Under the pieces are notes generated by a model. That model worked only from the letters and a program-made list of their open reading frames with translations, ran no database searches and was not told the origin of the DNA. A DNA stretch of 64,000 nucleotides from the IMG/VR virus record IMGVR_UViG_3300017963_000189; one strand, 5' to 3'. Origin of the DNA: a virus (Duplodnaviria; Caudoviricetes). The position numbers were made by a program, and so were the translations under genes. Of this stretch, positions 27,137-35,210 are shown piece by piece (position 1 is the stretch's first letter; each line of letters opens with the position of its first letter).

Positions 27137-27162
27137 TAATGAAACACTATTTTTACCTAAAT

Positions 27163-27197
27163 AAAAAATCCCCACAAAATTACTTTGTAGGGATTTT
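27163..27197 (-). terminator. intrinsic terminator
   Basis: Imperfect AAAATCCC-ACAAA / TTTGT-GGGATTTT stem with a U-run. Confidence 0.65.
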
Positions 27198-27425
27198 ATC
27201 AAATCTTACACCATTATATCTCTTTGGAGTCGGAAATGGTGATTCTCCCTTAACCGTCCCCGGGTTTTGTTGTGCAGTTTCAGCAGCTTCCTTTTCATTC
27301 TGTTTTGCTGAGTCCAATAACCTCAAGAAATACTTACGCTTCTCGACCGGAAGATCATATACATCTTTGAAAGGAAATCCACCACTTGAGTAATAACACA
27401 AGTTGAAAATTTCCTCATGAAACAT
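27180..27425 (-). CDS. tail assembly chaperone C-terminal extension (gpT-like), probably reached by frameshift
   Basis: Frame is open upstream through the T7 tract at 27450-27456 (FFGHPEGYRSMFHEEIF...). Confidence 0.65.
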   Translation of the reverse strand: MFHEEIFNLCYYSSGGFPFKDVYDLPVEKRKYFLRLLDSAKQNEKEAAETAQQNPGTVKGESPFPTPKRYNGVRFDKIPTK

Positions 27426-27429
27426 CGAT

Positions 27430-28245
27430 CTATAGCCTTCCGGATGGCCAAAAAAAGCTGATCCCTAAAGGAATGTCCATGTTATCACTAAACTCGCATC
27501 CAGCACACTCAAACTCAAAACTTGCGTCTACGTCTGGCGTACATCGGCTAATTTCCCTTCTTAGCGCGAGAGAATCCCGTGATAACATACCCTCAACAAA
27601 TGATGTAACTAATGCTCTACTTGTTTCACCATCAACGGAAACAACAGCATATTTCAAACGAGTTGTAATCTCAGAATCTTCCTTTACAACTTGTTTCTTC
27701 TTTTTTACCTTTAATTCTTCCTCAATCTTCCTTTCATCGTCGTGTGTCAATAACTTGAATACAACTTTCTTTTTACTCGCAGGTAGATCAAATTCAAACT
27801 CTTGTTGACCCTCTACAAAAGCATCAAAATCAAAATCACGAGTTTGTACTTCGTTTAAATCAACTGTAATACTTTTATTTATTTCGCCACATTGTGGACA
27901 AGTCACTTGTACCTCGTAATCTGGCCCATACGCCAGGATACGGGACGCGTACATAATACCATTCTTGTCACCTAACAATAATGTCTTGTAATCAATGTCA
28001 CTCAATATAATCGATTCCATGAAACGATCTAAGGCAAGTCCTTTTGATAAAAGGTTTTTTGATGTCAAAATATCTTCCTCTTTCGCCGTGGGATATTTTA
28101 ATTCAATAACTCCACTTGATAAAGGATTTTCACTTGGATAAAAGAAACCTTTTGAAGGCAATGTGATTTGTTCACTTGGAAAATCACCTTTCTTTTTCTC
28201 CATATGCTCACTTTTTAGCTTCTCAACTAATTGTTTTTCATCCAT
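27430..28245 (-). CDS. tail assembly chaperone / baseplate hub assembly protein (T4 gp26-like)
   Basis: LPSKGFFYP, PTAKEEDILTS, LLLGDKNGIMYASRILAYG, CPQC and CAGC pairs; ends ISFFWP. Confidence 0.8.
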   Translation of the reverse strand: MDEKQLVEKLKSEHMEKKKGDFPSEQITLPSKGFFYPSENPLSSGVIELKYPTAKEEDILTSKNLLSKGLALDRFMESIILSDIDYKTLLLGDKNGIMYASRILAYGPDYEVQVTCPQCGEINKSITVDLNEVQTRDFDFDAFVEGQQEFEFDLPASKKKVVFKLLTHDDERKIEEELKVKKKKQVVKEDSEITTRLKYAVVSVDGETSRALVTSFVEGMLSRDSLALRREISRCTPDVDASFEFECAGCEFSDNMDIPLGISFFWPSGRL

Positions 28246-28427
28246 TATTTACTCCTATCTACTCTTTTACTATAATCTATTATTGTTATACCATTTAGTT
28301 CATCTGATAATGTATATCTAACAACTATTCCCGGTTGATCTTCAAACGCGGTACATTGTTGTGGTTCACCAAATGTAATATACATAACATCGGCATCTTC
28401 ATCGTAATCAAAAGATGGTTCTTTCAT
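28245..28427 (-). CDS. DUF2283-family protein
   Basis: FDYDEDADVMYITF...GIVVRY...LNGITIID. Confidence 0.8.
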   Translation of the reverse strand: MKEPSFDYDEDADVMYITFGEPQQCTAFEDQPGIVVRYTLSDELNGITIIDYSKRVDRSK

Positions 28428-28504
28428 ATTATACTTTCTTGAGATAAGTTAATAACTTTTTACTTATATAAGATTAAACTAATGAAACACTTCTTTTGTT
28501 CCAT

Positions 28505-28531
28505 AAAAATAGGCGGGAGAATCTCCCGCCC
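28505..28531 (-). terminator. intrinsic terminator after tail tube gene
   Basis: GGCGGGAG-N3-CTCCCGCC followed by TATTTTT. Confidence 0.85.
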
Positions 28532-28552
28532 TTTCCCATTCCGAACACAAAA

Positions 28553-29047
28553 TTAAAATTCTAATACAGCCCAATCATACGCTAATGTCAAACTAATTGA
28601 AAGAGGATCATCAGCAGCAAAATCGTAAGAATCGAAATTGGCACTGACGATTTGTGTGCCGTATAATCTCCACTTTTCAACCAAGTCACCAACAGGACCA
28701 ATACCATAAAGATCAATCTCTTTCTTGTAGAAATCTACATACCCATCACGACCAGTTAAACTTTCGTGATGAAGTCTTACCCATTCCATTACAGACTGAG
28801 CAGCGGAAGGTACAACAGGATCATACAAGGTAATTTCAATCTCTTGCCATTCAGATTTACCTGCGACATATCGTTTGATATTCATGTAATCCAACGTTAC
28901 TTTGTTGATTGTGATTGAAGGTTTTGCAGCAGTTTTGATCAACCATGCAGGAATACCATCAATATACATGATAAAACGATTCTTTTGTTTTGGTTGAAAT
29001 CGTTCGACCATTAACTCATTGGCTTCTAAAAGTCGTTCAGTTGCCAT
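28553..29047 (-). CDS. tail tube protein (gp19-like)
   Basis: FQPKQKNRFIMYIDGIP, YVAGKSEWQEIEITLYDPVVPS, WVRLHHES, LTLAYDWAVLEF. Confidence 0.93.
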   Translation of the reverse strand: MATERLLEANELMVERFQPKQKNRFIMYIDGIPAWLIKTAAKPSITINKVTLDYMNIKRYVAGKSEWQEIEITLYDPVVPSAAQSVMEWVRLHHESLTGRDGYVDFYKKEIDLYGIGPVGDLVEKWRLYGTQIVSANFDSYDFAADDPLSISLTLAYDWAVLEF

Positions 29048-29073
29048 TTATTTTCTCCTAAAAATTATGTTGT

Positions 29074-29307
29074 TTATTCTTTATCTTCTTTCTTTTCGTC
29101 CACTACTTCTACGTCAGTTACAGATCCACCCTCTACTACAGTTGGTTCAACTACTTTTTCTTCTTTTTTCGCCTTTTTGGTTTTCTTCTCTTTCTTTGGT
29201 TTTTCCTCTACCACTTCCTCAACTACTTCCACTTCAGGTTCTACAAATTTCGGATTACCATTTTTGATTTGACGGGCGATCCAACGTTTCTTTACATGAT
29301 TTGGCAT
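29074..29307 (-). CDS. small Glu/Lys/Val-rich low-complexity protein
   Basis: GGAGAAAG RBS behind a TATTTATA motif. Confidence 0.7.
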   Translation of the reverse strand: MPNHVKKRWIARQIKNGNPKFVEPEVEVVEEVVEEKPKKEKKTKKAKKEEKVVEPTVVEGGSVTDVEVVDEKKEDKE

Positions 29308-29345
29308 TATCTTTCTCCATATAATTACATTACTTTTCTTCTATC

Positions 29346-29353
29346 TATAAATA
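29346..29353 (-). promoter_or_regulatory. TATTTATA promoter-like motif upstream of the tube operon
   Basis: Intergenic exact copy. Confidence 0.6.
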
Positions 29354-29369
29354 TATAGAATCAAAAAAT

Positions 29370-30212
29370 TTACTCTAAAGTTTCGTATCCTGTCATTTTT
29401 TCTAACTTTTGACGAAAATATTTTAACTTAGCATCCCAGGATTTAGGATAATCATTTACACCATCGGTTTTCATATAGGGCGCATATCCTCTTGGCAATC
29501 CCTCTCTTTTACTTGTAACATTGTTGTTTGATTCTTTTATGATTGATTCCTTTAGTTTATTCTTTAGTTTAGACTTTATTTGACTGTATGTTTTGTCTGC
29601 TTTCATCGGGCCAGCGATCATAACTCCACGTCTACCCAATACCCTTATTATTCCATCGTCCTCTAATAACTTCTTGAATTGTTCACTTGGGCTTCCATAT
29701 TTACCCTTTTTATATGTTCCTATTATTTTATCGATAGCATCTATAACATTCTTGATTTTTACTGCACTCGCTACATCAAATTTTAAATCTAAGGCATATG
29801 TTTTATCATTATATCTTTCAAACTTATATGTCCAATCAGGATCTTTTTCCTCTAATGTTTTTCCACTCATTTCAGCAAAAGCAGTCTTTTGTATCTTATT
29901 TAATTTGTTTTCGCCACCAATGTCCTTGATGAATGACTTCACTTCGTCGGGTGAAGAATATTGACTTATACCTCGTGAATGAACGTGATCTTTTTCGTCC
30001 TTGTATAAAAATAATATTGGCGAAAAGGTTGACTTCTTTGGTTTATTCCATTTTTGTGTTTTAGGATTTAATGTTTGACGCCATACCCGGTCGCCTTTCT
30101 TTGGAACACTCTCAACCCATACCCTCATTTGTGTCCTCAATCGACCATAAGGATAATCTTCTATTACATACGCATTTTTCATGCTATCGTGTCCATGTAA
30201 ATACTTTTTCAT
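29370..30212 (-). CDS. hypothetical protein, possibly virion-internal
   Basis: N-terminal AYVIEDYPYGRLRT...QTLNPKTQKWNKPKKST domain; LKES/IKES motifs near the C-terminus. Confidence 0.7.
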   Translation of the reverse strand: MKKYLHGHDSMKNAYVIEDYPYGRLRTQMRVWVESVPKKGDRVWRQTLNPKTQKWNKPKKSTFSPILFLYKDEKDHVHSRGISQYSSPDEVKSFIKDIGGENKLNKIQKTAFAEMSGKTLEEKDPDWTYKFERYNDKTYALDLKFDVASAVKIKNVIDAIDKIIGTYKKGKYGSPSEQFKKLLEDDGIIRVLGRRGVMIAGPMKADKTYSQIKSKLKNKLKESIIKESNNNVTSKREGLPRGYAPYMKTDGVNDYPKSWDAKLKYFRQKLEKMTGYETLE

Positions 30213-30227
30213 ATTATTTCACCCAAA

Positions 30228-30485
30228 TTATTTTATTTTCTTTATGAATGTACTTATTGTTTTCTCTAATAAAGCGTTAAGTTCTTTTTCAAGTTGTTTG
30301 GTTTCTCTTTGTGTATATTGTTTTTTAACTTTAACTTCTATATCGCTACGTGTATGTGGCTTAATAGTTATTTTATCATTGCCCTCGTCAAAATCATCTT
30401 CATAAAATTCAATTTGAGATACAATATTCACGTTTTCATTAAGTTTATTTTCTCTTAACAATTTATACCACAATTCTTTTTTCAT
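30228..30485 (-). CDS. small hypothetical protein, possibly virion-internal
   Basis: N-terminal LLRENKLNEN. Confidence 0.65.
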   Translation of the reverse strand: MKKELWYKLLRENKLNENVNIVSQIEFYEDDFDEGNDKITIKPHTRSDIEVKVKKQYTQRETKQLEKELNALLEKTISTFIKKIK

Positions 30486-30486
30486 A

Positions 30487-30711
30487 TTATTTCACCTTGT
30501 TTTTCATTAAAAACTTGTGTAATTGTACTGCTTGGGTCGGATGTAAAAATATCATCTTCCCCTCTTTATCCTTTAATACCAAATATCCATCTTCATCAAT
30601 ATGAACTGTCACAGGAACACCCTCACCAAGTTCTTTAGGTTTTAATAATACTTTGTTTGTCGCCTCAGGTATCATGGCTTCTATTACTTCCTTTAATTCT
30701 TCTCTTTTCAT
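30487..30711 (-). CDS. small hypothetical protein, possibly virion-internal
   Basis: N-terminal KREELKEVIE. Confidence 0.65.
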   Translation of the reverse strand: MKREELKEVIEAMIPEATNKVLLKPKELGEGVPVTVHIDEDGYLVLKDKEGKMIFLHPTQAVQLHKFLMKNKVK

Positions 30712-31196
30712 GGTTTATATGTTCCTTTTTTAATTTGTTGGTTTACAAACTTCTCAATGTCTTTAGAATCGGCACCAGTTCTATGTGACGCAATCATCAT
30801 TGTTCCTTTCGCCTTTTCAACGTTCCCCGGTTGATCCCAATCTACATCGCCAGAATATTCCAATGGAATATACTCAATAAGAACAGGATAAGAAGCATAT
30901 GAATTACCACTGATCATATCAAATTTGGGTTTACCGGAAATCTTGAATTTTTTCATAAGAATACCATAACCTTTTCCAGGATTGTTGATTCGTCTCCACC
31001 AACCATCTGTCTCCAAACGATACCAAGCGGTCATTCCATCTATCTTTCTATCTAATGTAAGTTGTACTTTATTTTGATTCGGTGGATCACTCTCTTTATT
31101 AAGAAAATCAACTGCTTCAACTACTAAAGTTCCCTCAGTTAAAAATTTACGCCATTGTTTGTTGTCCATCATTCTCTCCCACAAATAGTTTTCCAT
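30708..31196 (-). CDS. hypothetical protein, possibly virion-internal
   Basis: QWRKFLTEG; start may be Met9/10, which follows GGGAGAG. Confidence 0.65.
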   Translation of the reverse strand: MENYLWERMMDNKQWRKFLTEGTLVVEAVDFLNKESDPPNQNKVQLTLDRKIDGMTAWYRLETDGWWRRINNPGKGYGILMKKFKISGKPKFDMISGNSYASYPVLIEYIPLEYSGDVDWDQPGNVEKAKGTMMIASHRTGADSKDIEKFVNQQIKKGTYKP

Positions 31197-31197
31197 A

Positions 31198-31205
31198 TAT
31201 AAATA
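31198..31205 (-). promoter_or_regulatory. TATTTATA promoter-like motif
   Basis: Directly after the terminator at 31223-31255. Confidence 0.6.
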
Positions 31206-31222
31206 TAAAGATTCCAGAAAAT

Positions 31223-31255
31223 AAAAAAACCCGACTCAAATTAATGAGTCGGGTT
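31223..31255 (-). terminator. intrinsic terminator closing the early island
   Basis: AACCCGACTCA-N6-TGAGTCGGGTT followed by a U-run. Confidence 0.88.
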
Positions 31256-31335
31256 AAAACAATACTTTCACCTGCTCTTCAGTGAAGTCCTATTTAGGTG
31301 CCCCCTTACTAAGCCTCCAGCTACTATTCTCGTTT

Positions 31336-31551
31336 TTATACTAACATATATGATGTCGGGTTTTCATCCACGTTACCGTGATCAGACACAAAGTATAACT
31401 CAGGATACCAATCGTTTGCTTCAGCCCAATCTCTCACAGCTACTAAAACATCGTCATATTCAACAAATGTTCCTAAGTGACCATGATCTTCCGAACTTAC
31501 ATCGTAATGAAAACCATTCGACACGGCATAAAAATTATCAGGATTCAACAT
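31336..31551 (-). CDS. small acidic early hypothetical protein
   Basis: 71 aa; TAATG overlap with the upstream small ORF. Confidence 0.7.
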   Translation of the reverse strand: MLNPDNFYAVSNGFHYDVSSEDHGHLGTFVEYDDVLVAVRDWAEANDWYPELYFVSDHGNVDENPTSYMLV

Positions 31552-31634
31552 TACTTATTACCTTTCATTTTTGCAAGCAACATTTCAAGTGTGTTGTCTT
31601 TTCTCAAAGTTGTTTCTTTTTTTGACTTACTCAT
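31551..31634 (-). CDS. 27-aa small protein not in the ORF track
   Basis: AAGGAG RBS; MSKSKKETTLRKDNTLEMLLAKMKGNK*; TAATG coupling to the next gene. Confidence 0.65.
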   Translation of the reverse strand: MSKSKKETTLRKDNTLEMLLAKMKGNK

Positions 31635-31649
31635 TTTATTTCTCCTTTA

Positions 31650-31982
31650 TTAGTTAACTTCACTAAAACCAAAATTATCAATTTTAAAACGGCGACCATA
31701 TAAACGAACTATGTCACCTACCATTAATGAACGTTGTCTTGTACTCGGTTGGAAATCGTTTTGACCATAATGCCAGACCGAATTCAACATTATATACATC
31801 GTGTCGTCATTAAATCTTTGTTCAGGAACTACATCTTTGTCAGGAATGTCAACATAACGTAAACCCTCATTAACATAACCTAAACCCTTTTCATCGGCTC
31901 TCGGGTGATCATCCCATGCACGCATTTCAACTTCTACTAACATTTTTATTTCCTCTTTTTTATAGTTTATTTTTATAACCAA
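31650..31982 (-). CDS. early hypothetical protein
   Basis: RSLMVGDIV motif; likely start at MLVEVE, which follows an AGAGG RBS. Confidence 0.65.
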   Translation of the reverse strand: MVIKINYKKEEIKMLVEVEMRAWDDHPRADEKGLGYVNEGLRYVDIPDKDVVPEQRFNDDTMYIMLNSVWHYGQNDFQPSTRQRSLMVGDIVRLYGRRFKIDNFGFSEVN

Positions 31983-32293
31983 TCATATTTTTCAGCGAAC
32001 AACTCTTTTGCAACTTCTTTACCTTTGTCGGTCAAGTAAGCAACGTTATCGTCAGGGTTTCCATTTCCCTCATTATCCATTACCACAACCAACTCTTTCT
32101 TTACCAAACTACCCAAAACACCTTTATATTCTTCCATTCCAAATTCATTACCGGTTTCCAATCCCTCTTGTAAAGCAAAAACCCACGGCACTGCATCCAA
32201 ACCAGACTCATACTCGTTGTTTATTAAGTTTTCAATCATTTTCTTTTCGTTGTTGGTTAATGACATTTTATTCTCCTTTGGTTTCTCTCTCAA
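31973..32293 (-). CDS. early hypothetical protein, winged-helix-like
   Basis: MSLTNNEKKMI...GVLGSLVKKELV...AYLTDKGKE; likely start at MSLT after AAGGAG. Confidence 0.65.
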   Translation of the reverse strand: MREKPKENKMSLTNNEKKMIENLINNEYESGLDAVPWVFALQEGLETGNEFGMEEYKGVLGSLVKKELVVVMDNEGNGNPDDNVAYLTDKGKEVAKELFAEKYDWL

Positions 32294-32303
32294 TTACAAT
32301 ACA

Positions 32304-32332
32304 AATATACAACATTTCAGAGTAAAAGTCAA
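32304..32332 (-). promoter_or_regulatory. sigma70-type early promoter
   Basis: TTGACT-N17-TATATT with upstream AAAAACCAGAAAACAG, like the copy at 5078-5106. Confidence 0.85.
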
Positions 32333-32352
32333 CTGTTTTCTGGTTTTTTTTC

Positions 32353-32388
32353 AAAAAAAAACCCACTCCAAAAAATGAAGTGGGTTTT
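32353..32388 (-). terminator. intrinsic terminator after sheath gene
   Basis: AAAACCCACT...AGTGGGTTTT with a long U-run. Confidence 0.8.
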
Positions 32389-32409
32389 AGTAAAAATATC
32401 AACTAAATA

Positions 32410-34734
32410 TTATTCAGGAAAAGTCGCCCCTGTTGGAAGTACGTTAAAATCAAGAATGATAAATTCAGCAGTTTTAGCAGGTTGTAAATAAATTTGACCA
32501 TAAAGTTGATTACGATCAATTACATCCGCAGTATTGTTTGTATCGTCCATCACAACTTTAAAAGCGTACAATCCAGCTCTATTTTGTACAGATTCCAAAT
32601 ATGGATTAGCAATATTTAAGAATCTATTTCGTGTCGCCGTGACGTTTTGTTCGAATACCAAATAACGTGAAGAACTCGCAATAAATTTCTTCAACGCAAT
32701 AAGTAATCTACGTACATTTACACGATCAAGAGCAGAAGCTTTCGCTTGTAATGTCTTTTGACCCCACGCAACCACACCTTGTCCTGGGAATGTAGCAATA
32801 GGATTAACACGCGCGTTGTATAATGTGTCTCGTTCAGTATGTGTCAATCTTGTGTACGCTGCGGTAGCAGATGTTATTCCACCACGATTCAAACCAGCAG
32901 GAGCAAACCATTCTTCACTTATTTTGTCATTAAAAGCGTAAACACCAGTCATAACAACAGAAGGTGGCGCCCATTCAGGTTTGTTCGTATTTGGATCAAC
33001 TATTTTGACCCACGGATAATAAGTAGCAGCATAGTTGGTATCAAGAGCGGTTACTTCACTAACTTGTTCAGAAATACCATCAGTTAAACCAACCGTATCC
33101 ATAATATAGAAACAGTCTCCACGTTCTTCACAAGTATTGATTACATAGTTAGAAACATAAGAATGATACTTTTTAAGAATACCAGGTACAACAATCATAT
33201 TAATATCAACTTCATCAGGATTAGCTATAGCATCAATAGCTTTTTTGTAAGATAAACTACCCCCAGTACCACTATTAGTACAATCAAATCTTTGAGTGTT
33301 ATCAGAAGTTATTGATTCACCTTTAGCTACAGCAATTCTTAAATCAAGACCATCACTACCACCTTGAAAACCAAGAGCAAATTTACGTGTAGCGGTATTT
33401 GAACTCCAAGTTGAACCGGTAGCACTATAAGTAATAACATCAGAATAATTACTAAGATTAAATCTTCCGTTACTACCAGTAGAAGTTGTATATCCCTGAG
33501 CAGCTCCTTGTTGACCACCAATTTCAGCATGATATGTAAGATTATCACCAACACTAAAATCAACACCACGATATGCTCTTGTATTCGTTTCGCCATTAAT
33601 TGTTTGTGTAGTAGCAAAACTCATTGATGGGAAATTAGTAGCACCAGCATTAATAGGTACTTTATATCCTTGAAATCCCATTGGAACGACACCTTTTGGA
33701 AATGACGTTGTTGAAAGTTCAACACGAATATATGCAGATTTATTTGGCCAGTCACCTTCGTACACAAGTTTAGATTCCCCACCTATTGTACGATAATACG
33801 CTTTCGTATCACCGATCAATCTTGGAAGATAGTTTACACTATCAGGATCTAATGTAGCATTATTAAAGGTTTCTAATACTACTGGACGAGCATCAGTATC
33901 ACCCCACTCACGTACAACTACACTAAATTGACCATAATCAGAATTAGCAACTTCATCTGCTGGTTTAACATCAAAAATACCAACCTTAATTTCTTTGTTA
34001 GATATAATACCATCACCCAATGTATGAAACTTAAACAATGAATAATATTGAGCATCGCTCGCTGTTGGATGTGTACCTACATTTTGGGATTCAATCCAAG
34101 GCGTAGATGCATTAACATATCCATCCGCGCTCATAGAAACCGCCCCATTAGCTGGCCAGCTTGTTCCTATAACTATTGACATTGTGTTGGTATTGGCAAT
34201 ACTCGCACTTTGAAATGTTGGAAAGTTATACACAACTTCAGCAGGAACGTCACCAGTTAAAACATTAGTAAGATACTTTTCTTTTCTTGAATCAAGTGAT
34301 GCTGAGTATGTAACACTATTGAGATAAAGTGCAAAATCACCAATAGTTCCCGATACAGAAGCCGTTGATAACGCACTCTCGTCAGTACTACCGGATGCTC
34401 CAATAACAGCAATGATTTTATCACTATATATACCCGTTCCATCAATAGAAAGAGTAAAAAACCTTCTTGCATAACTTTGAGTACCAAGCACTCTAACAAT
34501 CGTTACAATACCCGCACTCTTTAAATATTCTTGGACAGTATAAGGTGTATAATAAGTTCCACTTCCAAATTTAGTAGAAAACTCATTTTGGGATGTCACT
34601 TGAACAGGTATAAATGCTGGGCCTTTTTCAGTTGGCCCAATTACAGCCGCACCAATCGCGGAAACACCTTCCGCAAGAAATGACAAATCCTTTTCTTGAG
34701 TAAATACACCAGGAGATACGATTTTTTCAGCCAT
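32410..34734 (-). CDS. tail sheath protein (gp18-like)
   Basis: SPGVFTQEKDLS, YAATYYPWV, WFAPAGLNRGG, WGQKTL, LDRVNVRRLL, PAKTAEFIILDFNV. Confidence 0.97.
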   Translation of the reverse strand: MAEKIVSPGVFTQEKDLSFLAEGVSAIGAAVIGPTEKGPAFIPVQVTSQNEFSTKFGSGTYYTPYTVQEYLKSAGIVTIVRVLGTQSYARRFFTLSIDGTGIYSDKIIAVIGASGSTDESALSTASVSGTIGDFALYLNSVTYSASLDSRKEKYLTNVLTGDVPAEVVYNFPTFQSASIANTNTMSIVIGTSWPANGAVSMSADGYVNASTPWIESQNVGTHPTASDAQYYSLFKFHTLGDGIISNKEIKVGIFDVKPADEVANSDYGQFSVVVREWGDTDARPVVLETFNNATLDPDSVNYLPRLIGDTKAYYRTIGGESKLVYEGDWPNKSAYIRVELSTTSFPKGVVPMGFQGYKVPINAGATNFPSMSFATTQTINGETNTRAYRGVDFSVGDNLTYHAEIGGQQGAAQGYTTSTGSNGRFNLSNYSDVITYSATGSTWSSNTATRKFALGFQGGSDGLDLRIAVAKGESITSDNTQRFDCTNSGTGGSLSYKKAIDAIANPDEVDINMIVVPGILKKYHSYVSNYVINTCEERGDCFYIMDTVGLTDGISEQVSEVTALDTNYAATYYPWVKIVDPNTNKPEWAPPSVVMTGVYAFNDKISEEWFAPAGLNRGGITSATAAYTRLTHTERDTLYNARVNPIATFPGQGVVAWGQKTLQAKASALDRVNVRRLLIALKKFIASSSRYLVFEQNVTATRNRFLNIANPYLESVQNRAGLYAFKVVMDDTNNTADVIDRNQLYGQIYLQPAKTAEFIILDFNVLPTGATFPE

Positions 34735-34790
34735 TTAATTTCTCCTATTTGAATTAAAAATGTATTAGTTTCAGATTAAAATTTTACATA

Positions 34791-34816
34791 TATAAATATA
34801 ATGAAATTTCCGAAAC
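34791..34816 (-). promoter_or_regulatory. TATTTATA motif with upstream ACGTTTCGGAAATTTC, before the sheath gene
   Basis: The 16-nt upstream block is identical to that at 35191-35206. Confidence 0.65.
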
Positions 34817-34843
34817 GTTCAGGTCACCTTGTTTATTATAGGT

Positions 34844-35137
34844 TTAACCTTGATTTTGTTCAGAAGGAGTAAATAAACCTGTATCCACATTTAATGAACC
34901 TATACCATATTTTTTATTTAATTCGTCTAAATGTGTTCTTTCAGTTTGTTTGATCTCGTCATAACGTTCTAATAATTTGTCTTTCGCCTCAATTAAATTG
35001 TCAAGGGCGTCACGGACATCATTTATTTGAAGTTCAACTTGTCCTACCTGAACTACGATTTCTTGATAATTGTTACGTAAATCTTTGACCTTTGTAACTT
35101 CCTCTTCTGAAACCTTGATAGCTTGTTTTTCTGCCAT
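34844..35137 (-). CDS. small coiled-coil protein (possible fibre assembly chaperone)
   Basis: Heptad-rich; ends LNKKYGIGSLNVDTGLF. Confidence 0.7.
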   Translation of the reverse strand: MAEKQAIKVSEEEVTKVKDLRNNYQEIVVQVGQVELQINDVRDALDNLIEAKDKLLERYDEIKQTERTHLDELNKKYGIGSLNVDTGLFTPSEQNQG

Positions 35138-35177
35138 TTTTCTTTCTCCTTGTTTTTGTTAAATGTTAAAATGTATA

Positions 35178-35206
35178 TATAAATATATAGAAATTTCCGA
35201 AACGTG
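35178..35206 (-). promoter_or_regulatory. TATTTATA motif with upstream ACGTTTCGGAAATTTC
   Basis: Near-duplicate of the sheath upstream element. Confidence 0.65.
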
Positions 35207-35210
35207 CTAA

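Noticed and set aside
31261-31335. Hammerhead ribozyme suggested by CUGAAGA...GAAA on the minus strand
   Set aside because: Stem II would be a single G-U pair, and stems I and III do not form correctly around a UH cleavage site.
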